A DNA stretch of 64,000 nucleotides from Podarcis erhardii. Its lineage: Eukaryota. Location of the stretch: assembly GCA_964252035.1 (NCBI GenBank), contig OZ176205.1; one strand, given 5' to 3'. Position 1 is the stretch's first letter, and the number at the start of each line of letters is the position of its first letter. The translations under genes and the position numbers were made by a program. Positions 48,980 through 60,473 of the stretch are shown here, piece by piece. The notes under the pieces are model-generated. The model had not been told where the DNA came from. It saw nothing but the letters and a program-made list of their open reading frames with translations, and made no database searches.

Positions 48980-49353
48980 ACAATTGTGTAAATGAGGACA
49001 GAGTTCTTTATTCCCTTGCCCACCTCAGGGGACTAGAGAGAGCCAAAGTTGCGATTGTATAGATTTAATCAGACAGATGATTAATTCTCTTTGGATTGAG
49101 CCACACATTGAGCCTCTTCATAAAGTTCAAAATGTACGGAGCCTACCTTGCATGTGTAGCCTTCAGAAGAAGGGAGGAGGCAGTCAGACCAAAGCTGGTA
49201 AAGAGCTTCCCATCTTTTAGTGTGATTTTATTTACTTCCTGTTTCCAAGCTCCCACGATCTGCTTCCTCTGACACTATGCTGCTCATGTGAGTAGGCCAC
49301 TCAAGTAAATGTGCAATAAAGCTGCAAAGAAGGTAGCATACAAATGGGATCTA

Positions 49354-49589
49354 CAGTGGTACCTCAGGTTACATATGCATCAGGTTACATATGCTTCAGG
49401 TTACAGACTCCGCTAACCCAGAAATTGTACCTTGTGTTAAGAACTTTGTTTCAGGATGAGAACAGAAATTGTGCGGCGGTGGCACGGCAGCAGCAGGAAG
49501 CCCCATTAGCTAAAGTGGTGCTTCAGGTTAAGAACAGTTTCAGGTTAAGAATGGACCTCTGGAATGAATTAAGTACGTAACCAGAGGTA
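49354..49589. mobile_element. Tigger/pogo-type MITE (TA|CAGTGGTACCTC terminus; right TIR truncated)
   Basis: 5' TIR CAGTGGTACCTCAGGTTACATA; 3' TACGTAACCAGAGGTA; internal caggttacatatgc direct repeats. Confidence 0.85.
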
Positions 49590-49987
49590 TTCATTTTTAG
49601 GAAGCAATAGAAGACCCTTTTTATTATTTAGTTAGACACTTTGCTGCATCCCAGTGGTGGGAATCACTAGACACTTGCTGCCAGTGTCTGTGCCCTGGCA
49701 AGGAGCCCATTGTTGAACAGAGCACTAAAGCCTAACTGCTGGTATTAAGGTTGTAACCTGCAGAATGATGAGGTAGTTTTAGGATAGCATGACCAGGGCA
49801 GTCACACTGGGTGCCCTGCTGCAGGGGATGCCACAACAAGACTGTAGAACAGAGCATGGGGGGGGCAGGGGGGCTGAATTGTAGCATCACATGGGGTGCT
49901 GCTGAAGTTTAGGAGCCCAAAGTCTGGCACCTACTAGATGGACTAATGGACTGACTCAGCCATCAGCCTGTGCTGGAGCATTTGGTG

Positions 49988-50028
<41 letters not shown>
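49988..50028. repeat. (TG)n microsatellite
   Basis: Read directly. Confidence 0.95.
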
Positions 50029-50030
<2 letters not shown>

Positions 50031-50178
50031 ACAGCAGGCAAGAGAAGCAAGCAGGAAGTCTAAATGGTATATTGCTCCCATTGGCATTGGAAGCTCTGTT
50101 GTGTAGCAGGAAGGAGATTGCAGTGCTCCTCTTTTTCCAGGGACCAAAACCCCTCCTCAAACCTTGGATCCAGCCTGC

Positions 50179-50232
<54 letters not shown>
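50179..50232. repeat. (CTTT)n microsatellite
   Basis: Read directly. Confidence 0.95.
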
Positions 50233-51211
50233 GATAACTTAGTATTTTTCTCAGCAATTCACAGCCACCATCAAACCCGCATAGAAGAATGCTGCTCTGT
50301 AGCTCATTTGTGTTCGTGATACAAACGCTTTTGCAAGACAGAGGGACAAGGAACGAAAGAGGGCAGCTAGCTATGCATGTCACTATCACTGTTGTGTCCT
50401 GCATAAATCTTTGAAATGCTGGAAGAGAACCACAGCTCTTCATCTCACATGAATGCTGCTCCACAGTGTCATCTAGTGCCCTTAAAACAAAAATACCGCA
50501 TGAAATGTAGCCTGAGGAATCCTTCCTCTCAGCCGTGTTTTTGTGTTTCTGGGGGACATGTTTCAACACAAACACCTTGTGCACGCATAGAGAAAGGCAG
50601 TGTTACTGGTGTCTGTCAGGTCTGCCCCAAAAACCCAAATCCTGGGCTGAAATAAATGGAGACCATTTGACTCATACAAGGTTAATACATTATTAGGGGG
50701 TGGTTGTTGGCATCTGTCTCAAGAGACAAAGAAGTGCACCTCTGTGGATGAAGTCCACTCTCAAAGTCCTTTCCTTTGGGCTCCCCTGCCACAGCCACTC
50801 CTGTTACTCAATCTGACTTCTGTTTTATTCCTCTACCCAACCCTAATTTCATGCAAATCTGGGCTTGTGGTGCGGCACTGCAGATCCTCCAAAGGGGGCT
50901 AGGTGATGACAACCTTACATTTTTTCATACATAGGGAGATACTTAATGCATAATACAGCTACATCCTTTTGAAGTGTGAATTATTCAACGAATGGGTAGA
51001 GGGAGGGGAAGCATTTTTAAACATTAAGTGGTTCTTGAAAAGTTTGCCAGCCTTTCCCCTTCTCGTATCCTCTCTTTCTGCAGGTTTCTCTTTGCCTGGC
51101 TGAGCATCACTGAGCAAAAGAGGCACAATTAAGACACAGCCCACACATGTGATGCAAAAGCCGAATGTGAACTTTGATCTGTTCTTTCTACAGTAATGAG
51201 CAATTTCTGCT

Positions 51212-51233
51212 CTGTGTGTGTCTGTGTGTCTGT

Positions 51234-51270
<37 letters not shown>
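51212..51270. repeat. Imperfect (TG)n/(TCTGTGTG)n microsatellite
   Basis: Read directly. Confidence 0.9.
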
Positions 51271-51272
<2 letters not shown>

Positions 51273-51553
51273 TGTAGGGGGTCGGGGAATGAAGCCAAGA
51301 GTGTGTGTGCATTTGAAAGCAACGATTGTGGGAAGAACACCTGAGATGCCAAGATGACTGTGAGAGATGATACATCAGTGGGAAATGGAGAGAATGGGTG
51401 GGGGTGGTCATAGAAATTCTCCGGAGAGCTGGAGAGAAACCTCCTCTGAAATTTCACAGCAGAAAGAACAGGAGCGTTTGCTGAAGCAGGAGGCCTTACA
51501 CATTCATTTCAGGCAGATTCATCTGGGTAAAACAATAAACAGAGGTTTGTGGC

Positions 51554-52139
51554 CATAGGAAGCTGCTTCACACTGAGTCAGGCCACTGGTCCATCTAGTT
51601 TGGTATTGTCTACACTGACCGGCAGCAGATCTCCAGCACTTCCTATGGGGGGGTATTTCCCAGCCCTATGGAAGTGAGAGCTGGACCATAAAGAAGGCTG
51701 ATCGCCGAAGAATTGATGCTTTTGAATTATGGTGCTGGAGGAGACTCTTGAGAGTCCCATGGACTGCAAGAAGATCAAACCTATCCATTCTGAAGGAAAT
51801 CAGCTCTGAGTGCTCACTGGAAGGACAGATCCTGAAGCTGAGACTCCAGTACTTTGGCCACCTCATGAGAAGAGAAGACTCCCTGGAAAAGACCCTGGTG
51901 TTGGGAAAGATGGAGGGCACAAGGAGAAGGGGACGACAGAGGACGAGATGGTTGGATAGTGTTCTCGAAGCTACCAGCATGAGTTTGACTAAACTGCGGG
52001 AGGCAATGGAAGACAGAAGTGCTTGGCGTGCTCTGGTCCATGGGGTCACCAAGAGTCAGACACGACTAAACGACTAAACAACAACAACCAGGAGATTCTA
52101 GGGGTTGAACCTAGAACCTTCTCCAAAGTAGAAGAATGC
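51554..52139 (-). mobile_element. Squam3-type SINE split by a BovB insertion
   Basis: cataggaagctgcttcacactgagtcaggccactggtccatctag..cagccctat, resuming after BovB as caggagattctaggggttgaacctagaaccttc (reverse complement of the tRNA head). Confidence 0.75.
51667..52088 (+). mobile_element. RTE-BovB LINE, 5'-truncated 3' end with (CAA)n tail
   Basis: RVPWTARRSNLSILKEISSECSLEGQILKLRLQYFGHLMRREDSLEKTLVLGKMEGTRRRGRQRTRWLDSV..WRALVHGVTKSQTRLND* is the BovB ORF C-terminus, and the frame is intact here. Confidence 0.95.
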
Positions 52140-53787
52140 ACAGATAGGAATAGATGGACCTTTTCCATGCTTGACTCTGTATGCCTGAAAAGCACACCAT
52201 TTCTTCAGTTCCATTAGCGCCTTTTGAAATGAACAGTCCAGGTGGGAGGGAGCATGGGGCTAATCAGAGTTCCCCATGGCAGAATTTGCCTGGGTAAGTT
52301 CAGACTTCTCTGAGGCCATTCTATATGCTTAAGGAGCAGGTAACATGTTGATTTGCTGAGTTAGAGTAAGCCAATGTTTTGTGGTAGGAAAGGACTCCCA
52401 TGCATTTTAAGAGCTGCACTGGGAATGCAACTGGGGCAGCATTTCAGGGTAGGGCAATGTTGCATCAGGAACCATTCCTCCTGTCAAACGCCTGACACTC
52501 AGCTGGTAAAGGCACAGGAGCCCTGCCAGTGAAAAGTGCCAACTCTTTCTGTACAATGAATCTCCATTAGCAGCTCCATCCAAGTGTAAGAAATTAATGA
52601 GGACTAGAAATAGAACAAGGGGATCAGCCGGGGGAAGAGCTATGCCTCCTTTAATTGCCCAGTCCCATTGCTAGCACCTGACCTTCCACATTCATGGGGA
52701 ATTTGCATTTCGTTTGCTGATTCCTAGATAGTGGTTGCCCGTAGACTTGAGCAGTTTGAAATGCAAAGCGTTTGACAAAGCCATACTGGTTGGATTCTAG
52801 CAAAGCAAACACGTTGTTTTACTGGTAATTAATATAATTGGCTATTAGAAGAAAGTACTGCCTCAATTAATTGGTCTCTGTAGAAGGAATACCAAGTCTT
52901 TGGGGGAAAGCATGCTTCTCAGAAGGAAAGAATTATTAATTCAAATGATTTTTTTTTTCTTGGGTACCAAAATTCCAGCCCAATACAGAGTCTTCAAGTT
53001 ATTTACTAAGGCCAAATTAATCTTGTCCCTTTCCCAGAAATGAAGTCCCTTTGAAATACATATAAAAGAAAATATCCCACTGAGATGTTTTCGGGACCAT
53101 CCAGTTACCAGCTGTTGCTGCTGCAGCATCGCTAATTGTTGGGAACCTGATTGAAACTCAGATTGCTAATTTATTATCTACATGGTTTTTAAAAAACAAA
53201 AATGTGGCAAAGAAGCCAAGAACTCAGCATGTCCACCCAAGAGTGCACTGTGGACACGTCATAGATCTGCACAAAAGGCTTTGAACTTTGGCAGCTGGTT
53301 GGACTACCTCGGGGATGACTAACTGGCAGCCAGTAGACCATATGTAAGCCCCTTGAGCAATTTAACTTGATCTCTTGTAAACCTTCCAAAACTATTGCCG
53401 GGTTGAAAGAAACGGAGGCTGCATACCTTAATGCTACACCGCTTGGATTTTGCATGCAGTATGCAAATGTCAATATTGCCTGTGCATATGAGCTCCGTAA
53501 TTGTGAAACCATTGCTGTTAGATAGTTCCAGCTTTAAAAGGGAGTGGATCAGAGTCTGGAAAACAGAGTGGGCTGGGGGAATCCAGGAGATAGGTACCAC
53601 TAATGCTGTACGCTTCTGTGTGATTCACTGGGTGAAAGCTGCAGCAGCGATGCAATTCATGATGGCTTGGGTCGCTTGCACACCAGACATTTAAGGCATA
53701 TTTCCCCACCTCAATAATCCCAGGAACCATGGTTTGCTGAGGATGCTGGGAATTTTAGCTCTGTGAGGGGCAAGCTACAGTTTCCAG

Positions 53788-53963
53788 CAGGGGTACCAAC
53801 TTGAATAAAATATGGGGGGCCAGGTAAGCCCCCAGCCCGCATAATCTATCACAAGATGTTGTGTATGCACACCATTTGAATGGCAATGCCCATTAGCTTG
53901 GGGGGGCAGCCCCCTCAAATATTTTTGGGGAGGGGCCGAAGGGACCTCAGCCCCAAGGAGTTT
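53788..53963. mobile_element. Probable short non-autonomous DNA-element fragment (CAGGGGTACCAACTTGAATAAAATATGGGGGG..)
   Basis: Resembles an abundant lizard repeat (recall); the right end and TSD are not resolved. Confidence 0.45.
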
Positions 53964-56900
53964 CCAGGATTCATTGGGGGGGTGGAATGTGTTCTAAATA
54001 TATGTTGTGTATGCAGAAGTGACACTATTCATGATGTTAAGAATGTGAGGCAGCCCTCTAGAAGTATGGTAATGAAAAATCACACAAAAAGCATGTTGAT
54101 ATGTTCATGCTGCTATACTTTCATATACACATCATAGAAAAAAAATCTGAATCCATGGCAATTAATAAACAAATTTATTCACCCATAAAATTCATAAATA
54201 TCATAGATTTCTTTGGATGGGGAGGAGGGTAGAGAACACTGACCACATATTATTCCACTGTAGAATTTGACATACCTCAGAGACACTCTGGATGTTTCAA
54301 TGGCCACAAAGAGTTCACACCTTGAAAGCAGAAGTATTGCACATCATTCACATAAGAACAAGCAAAGGAGTGCCTGGAAAAAAGTCAGCCCAAGCCATCT
54401 TGCCGCTTGAGGCAAATAACAAGATATCATCCATGAATCTTACTTCATCGCAGGCAACATTATCCGCTGTGCCTGGAGGCAGCAGGCTAGCTTAGGAGGT
54501 GTGGGGCAGGGCAAGTGGCAAACTCAGCCTGTCTGCCAACACCTCACTACCACTTCCTGCCCATCAGCATTTGATGCCTGGGGTAGCTGGCTCCCTCTGC
54601 CAAATAGTAGCACTGGCCCCAATCAGAAATACAACAATTTAAATCTCTCAATAGAAAAATAATTTGCAATTTTTGTTTTAATCACACTGAAAATCTATTT
54701 ATATACACAGGCTTAAGCAAGAGAAGCTGAGATGCTTTATGTGGCTACTTCATGTGCCTTTTACAATGCATTAGCAATCCCAGAATAGAAATGGAAATAC
54801 AGGTGGGAATGAATGCAGAAAGTATATTTCAGACATGGGACAGCTTGTCATGCTCTGGTGCTGCAGAGGAAAATGGCCTCTACTGAAATTCTCTGATCTG
54901 CACAACTATTAAGGATACGGGGGGGGGGGGTCATTTTCTATGGCATCTCTGGTCACCACTGCAGGAAATCTGGGACTAGATTCCATAAGGACAGATAACT
55001 GCAAAGTGAAAAATGGCTCTTGCACAGTCCGATAGAATTCCCTGAAGTCCAAGATCCTTGATCAAACACTGCTTTTATATCTCTAAGTCTAAGCAAACAT
55101 CCAGAGTTTTGAAGGCTAAATATATTGAAGGGGCGGGGGAGTCCGCCATTTGGGACTCACAGGGATGTGCCAACTATTGCATCTGACACCCAGGCTCAAA
55201 GAGTGGAGGCATTCGGCCAACCTTAAGAAAAACCATCCAAGTGGTTGGTGGTCAACTGGCCAAATATGGGTGTGACTCCTCCTGTACTTTTAACTGCTGT
55301 TTCATTTGCAGAAATCAGGAGATGAACCTCTTTGCAACATGGAAATAAATGCTATCACCTGCTAGCATCTGCAGACCAAATTGCTGTTTGAGCATGGGTG
55401 CCATGGTTGTGTTATGGCAAAACTTGTGCTTTAGAACTTCCTGTCTTATTATTAGGAAGGTTCCTCCACCACATTGTTTTAAACATCTGCAGAAACCTTT
55501 CAAAAAAATTCAGGAAGCCTACCCAGTTCTCTATATGTGATTTTTAAAAATTCTGGTGTGTCCCCCCCCCCCCAGTGTTTAATTATAGTTGTTTTATGTA
55601 TGCTTCTTAAGGGCTTTGTGAATTCTAACTGTCCTTCATCTACAGCTGTACAATGTACACTGCTCTGAGAGCTCTTTGGTTACACAGCTTAAAACTCTTT
55701 CTGGATAAAATTAATGAGACTACCAAACGTTTATTTTAATTGCAAGCCAATGGACAGTGTTATTGTTCTGCATTGGTTGCATGCTGCAAGTAATTTAGGC
55801 CCTTAATAAATAAGAGGCAGGCGTGGAATGAGAGAATAATGTCTCCTGCATCAACACACACTTCCATGTACATGTGCATTACTACCCACTGTCATGCACA
55901 CAGACATATTCATGCACACTGCACCATGTGGTAAGATGCAAGGAAGCGCAACAGGAGTCCATTTGCCCCCTCCCATCCAATAGATGCTCACACACATATT
56001 AAGTTCTTACGTCCTTTTAGTGGAGGGGATGGAGCAGAGGAAATGCTTCCCTTTGCCTCCTCTCCCACCCTGACACAAGCAGAGACACAGAGAAATCATT
56101 CCACCTACTTGTTTCCTCCTACTCCCTCTCTCTCCTTCCTTCTGCAACTTCCAAGCAGCTGGGATTGGGGTGAGAATCCCAGCTGGGATTGAGCTGGGAC
56201 CTGTTGAGCATGCTAAGCACACATCTGGACAAGTGATGCTAAGGCATTCATTGGGGGGGGACGACCCCACACTATTTCCCCAACTCTCTTCCTGCCCACC
56301 CTATGTCTATTCCCGGTTGCCCTTACGCAGCCCGATCATGTTCAAAAATGGAACCTAATTGTTTCTTGTTTTTATTCTCATCAATGTCATTTAATTTAAA
56401 ACGTGATCATTTTCCATTTGAGGGGAAAGCATTAAATTGCACGGGGGAGGAGCTCTCTTCTTTCATATGCCAATCCATTATTGCTGAAATTAGTGGCCCA
56501 GTCCATATTTACACATGTAGGGGATTCTAATGTGTCTGTTAAATTGGTGATGGAAATGAGGAAAAACAACATCTTCCCAGTCCTCCTTTAGGCAGGAATC
56601 CCACCCACAGAATTCAATGGGGCTTACTTCAGAGTAAACATGGATAGGATTGTGTTGCTAGTCTTCGCTATTCTGTTCATTTTCAGCATGGGTGGTTCAT
56701 ATCCAGTAGATGACATGCCTATCACTCCTGGCCATTGACCATGCTGGGTGGGGCAAGAGTTGGAGACCAATGTCCCATCTTTGACAGCACTGCACCCCTG
56801 CAGGCCACACAGCACTGATGCATGGCCCATGATGGCTGAATTACTGAGAAACTGCAAGGTCAACATGTGAAGAAAACCAACACTATGTTGGCATCTACCT

Positions 56901-57039
56901 TTTGTAGGTACTTCAGATGAAGATGGTGGCATGGGGATGTTTTGTACTCTGGTGCTACACCCCCACACACAAACACAAAAATGCAGTCTTCACCCCCAAA
57001 ATCTCAGCATTTTTAGATAAAATAATCTTCAAACTGACC

Positions 57040-57162
57040 TAACACTGCTGATGTTTTAGACTACAATTCCCATAAGCCCCAGTCAGCATAGCCAGCGGTG
57101 AGAAATGGTGGGATTTGTAGTTCAAAGCTTCGGGACAGGGGGCTTCATGTTGGCTACCCCTG
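57040..57162. mobile_element. Degenerate hAT-type MITE (same core as 6392 and 40340)
   Basis: gatgttttagactacaattcccataagccccag..ggtgggatttgtagttcaaagc..ggctacccctg. Confidence 0.6.
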
Positions 57163-59098
57163 CCATTCATGTTAAGGCATGTGCATGTGCTCTGATACTG
57201 GTGAGGTCTCTTTCTGTACAACAGCGCAAAGCCCTGTGTACATGTTAAGACATTCAAATGGAGCTGCATCGTGCATAAGTGCTATTTTTGAGGCAGCTAG
57301 CCACACCACTGAAATAACGCATGTAGCATGCATGCCTGAGGAATTGTGATGACGTCTTCCAATGGCTTAGCTCCCTGTGGAAAGTTCCACTTGTACAGGG
57401 GAGACTGCCTGCCCCCTTCCCTTGAAAGAGCAGAAGTGCAAGGAGCCAAGTCCACGGAAAAGGCAATGGAATCGATGCTGCAGCATGTCATTACATACAG
57501 CAACAACAAATAATACTTTGCTCTTAGACATGTTGCAGCTCCTCTAAACAGGAGCTCAGTTAACATGAAAAGCAAAGTGGGCTGCGCCCTCTGTGCCTGG
57601 GTGCAGAACTAATCCCAGTGTAAATGAACATTTGATATTTATATTTTGAAAGGATGTAGAAAAGACCCGGTCAAAACATACACACCTTTCTATTGGAACA
57701 CATGTGTCTAGCCTTGCTTAAACACCAAAAAAAAAAAAAAAAACCCAAAACCCCACACAAATGACACATCAAAGGCAGCAAGGGGGGTGGGGGTTTGAAT
57801 GGATATAATCACAATATGTACAGTTCTCATCAGTTTTTTCAGGCGTTTTATTATTCTACATAAAGCCCTCATTGTGGCTCTCACTATCACCACAGTTAAC
57901 TGGCTGATTTTTGTGAAGTTCCCAGCAACATAATAATTTTCTGCTTTTTTAAAAGAAATGTGTGGCAGCTGTTGGACAGGCCTCATGATTATTACTTTCA
58001 TAATTATAAAGGAGTGTTATTTCTGAAATGGGCTAGATAGGCTTATTTCTCTAGTCTGGAGCTGTTCTGGTTAAAAAGCAGCAGATGTTTATGCTACTCA
58101 TGAAGGAAAAGAAAGAAAAAGGAGGGAAGACACCCCAGCCAGCACCAGCCTAGAGTGATTTGTGGAAAAGTTGCTAAATAATCATAATCGTAATATGACT
58201 AATGGAAAAGGGAAAATGGAAGCTGTGGAATAATTGGAGAGAATGCTTGGTTGGGTGAGTCATTGTTTCCACCTTGCCTTGGGACTGTAGTGATGACACA
58301 GTGGGACTGTCAAACCCCAGAGTACTCTAAGGAAGCAAAAAAGGAAAAGAAAGTTAGCTGTATAGGGTGCAGATTACAAGTTTGACGTAACAAGGACTAG
58401 CAATTCTAATCTGCTACTTTGGAAAGTTGTTTGTTTTCTGTGCATTAGGACATCTCTTAAGATATTGTAAAGAAATTTTGGTTCCTGGAGTCAAAGAGAA
58501 GGTGTCTCACTGTTTGTGTGCCATTTTCCTCTGTTTGCATACCATTTTGAATCAAAATGTCAGAATGAACCTTTCAAAACTGGCCTGGCCTTTTGGTTGC
58601 AGTTGATCCTCGGAGCTATTAAAGCAGTGCTTTACTCTACCAAGGACCTTTCAAAGATGTTTGCATATTCTTTCTCAACTTCCTTATCCCCCAAACACTA
58701 GCCCACTAGCTGGGGATGACTCCGGAAGGTGAGAGCCATTTTGGAATAAGTGCAACCCCACCCACACAGCTAAGAATGATGAAATAGTGCAAGCAAGATC
58801 TATGTGTGAGGTAGAAAAAAACAAAGCTGTCAGTTTGAAAAACAGACAGAGAGAGCTGAGCTGAGTTTTGAGCTCTGCAAGGCAAAAGCATCTGGGATGC
58901 AGGAATGCCTTGCTCTGATGGGACTGCAGTGGGCATTCTCTGTTAAAATGTTTATGTTATCTTCCTCCACTAGTATATCTGTAACACAACAAAACAAAAC
59001 AAAATGCCAAAGAAAGGCCTCTCCAGCAATCTCATCTGCTAAAGAAAACCAAACTTGGCTATCTGCCACCACCAGCCTCTGCTTAGAAGAGTGGTATA

Positions 59099-59737
59099 CA
59101 GTGGTACCTCTGGTTGCAGGCGGAATCTGTTCCAGATCCTGAGGTTTTTGCTACTGGAGGTGTCTGTTCTGCACATGCGCGCAGTGCGGTAAAGCGCTTC
59201 TGCGCATAAGCGTGCAGCGAAACCCAGAAAAATACTTCCAGGTTTGCCGCATGTGTATCCCATGTTAGAATTCTGCTCCATGATTGCAGTCATGGGATTG
59301 TTGTCTATCACATGATGGTGTATGTTTTGACTCCACAGTGGGAAGTGACAGAAACAGGATGTTTGTGTTACTGTGTTCCATGAAGTGGGACTATTGTCCT
59401 TTGTTCTCTCTCTTTGCTGTCTGATGCTAGAGAGAGAGGGAGCCATGTTGCAGTGCTCCGTGTGTGTTTAGATTAGCCAAAATGCTGAGTTGCTGAGGTC
59501 TGTTATGCAAGCTGTGAAGATTCTGTGGATCCCTAAGTGTGCAGGTGTCAGTTGGCATCGGTCGCTGTGATGTTCGGGCAAAAGAAAGCTTTTGAAGCTC
59601 CTGAACAAACAACCAGGAGGGAGAGAACATGCCAGTCAGGCATGTGTCTCTGCCAGGGTCCTACTCGAGTGTAGGACAAGCTCCTGACATCCCAAAGGAT
59701 ACGTAACCAGAGGTGTGTGTAAGTAGAGGTACCAATG
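59099..59737. mobile_element. Tigger/pogo-type MITE (TA TSD) interrupted by a solo LTR
   Basis: TA|CAGTGGTACCTC at 59097-59110 and GAGGTACCAATG|TA ending 59737-59739; palindromic interior. Confidence 0.82.
59263..59689. mobile_element. Solo LTR, 427 bp, TG..CA ends, perfect 5-bp TSD TCCCA
   Basis: Starts TGTTAG and ends CTGACA. TCCCA at 59258-59262 and 59690-59694. The superfamily cannot be determined from the LTR alone. Confidence 0.85.
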
Positions 59738-60226
59738 TACAAGCAACAGCTCCTATCAGGTCTACCATTCAGTATTTTCATGATCTAAAGGAACTGGGTT
59801 GAATCGTTTAGAAAACTGTGTAAAAAATATATTTCCCAAGTTGCCATTTTAGCCTGCTACACATAGGCCCATAAAATGGTCTGAAGGAAAACTGAGCAGT
59901 TCTACTGCAGCCATTAAGCAGTCTGGCCCCATAAGCTGTCCTGAAGGGAGCCCCCAGCCCAAACGATATGCAAACAGCTCCAAATTCCTCCAAGGAGATG
60001 GAGGTCTGTGTGATATTTTATTATTATTTTAAAAAACCAGCCATGTAAAGTCAAATCAAGCACCTTTAAACTCCTATTGATTTGTAACAAGTAAATGAGT
60101 AAGTGCATGTTCAACTCTCCCCAGTGAAATTAGTGTCAAGAAAGGTGGAACTTTAGCTGGCTCATGCACTCTGCTCCAGAGCTATAGCTATGGAGGCAAC
60201 GAAGTAAGGTGAGTTTCAAAGACAGG

Positions 60227-60291
<65 letters not shown>

Positions 60292-60292
60292 T
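60227..60292. repeat. (TTA)n microsatellite, about 21 units
   Basis: Read directly. Confidence 0.97.
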
Positions 60293-60409
60293 CCTGTGGA
60301 TGAGTGTTTGCCATTCAAAGGAGAAAAGTCACACAAACACATACATGTATGGCTAATTGGCTAATGCAAACACTTAGGCAGGCCTAAAGCAACTCTTTGG
60401 ATTGGGGCC

Positions 60410-60411
<2 letters not shown>

Positions 60412-60447
<36 letters not shown>
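60412..60447. repeat. (CT)n microsatellite abutting the ERICH3 3'-UTR splice donor
   Basis: Read directly. Confidence 0.97.
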
Positions 60448-60450
<3 letters not shown>

Positions 60451-60451
60451 C
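60445..60451 (-). other. Consensus 5' splice donor (AAG|GTAAGA) 23 nt after the ERICH3 stop codon: 3'-UTR intron
   Basis: The minus strand reads TAA (60476-60474), 23 nt, then GAAG|GTAAGAGAGAG, with the exon ending at 60451. Confidence 0.65.
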
Positions 60452-60473
60452 TTCATTCCTAGTCCCCTTCTTC

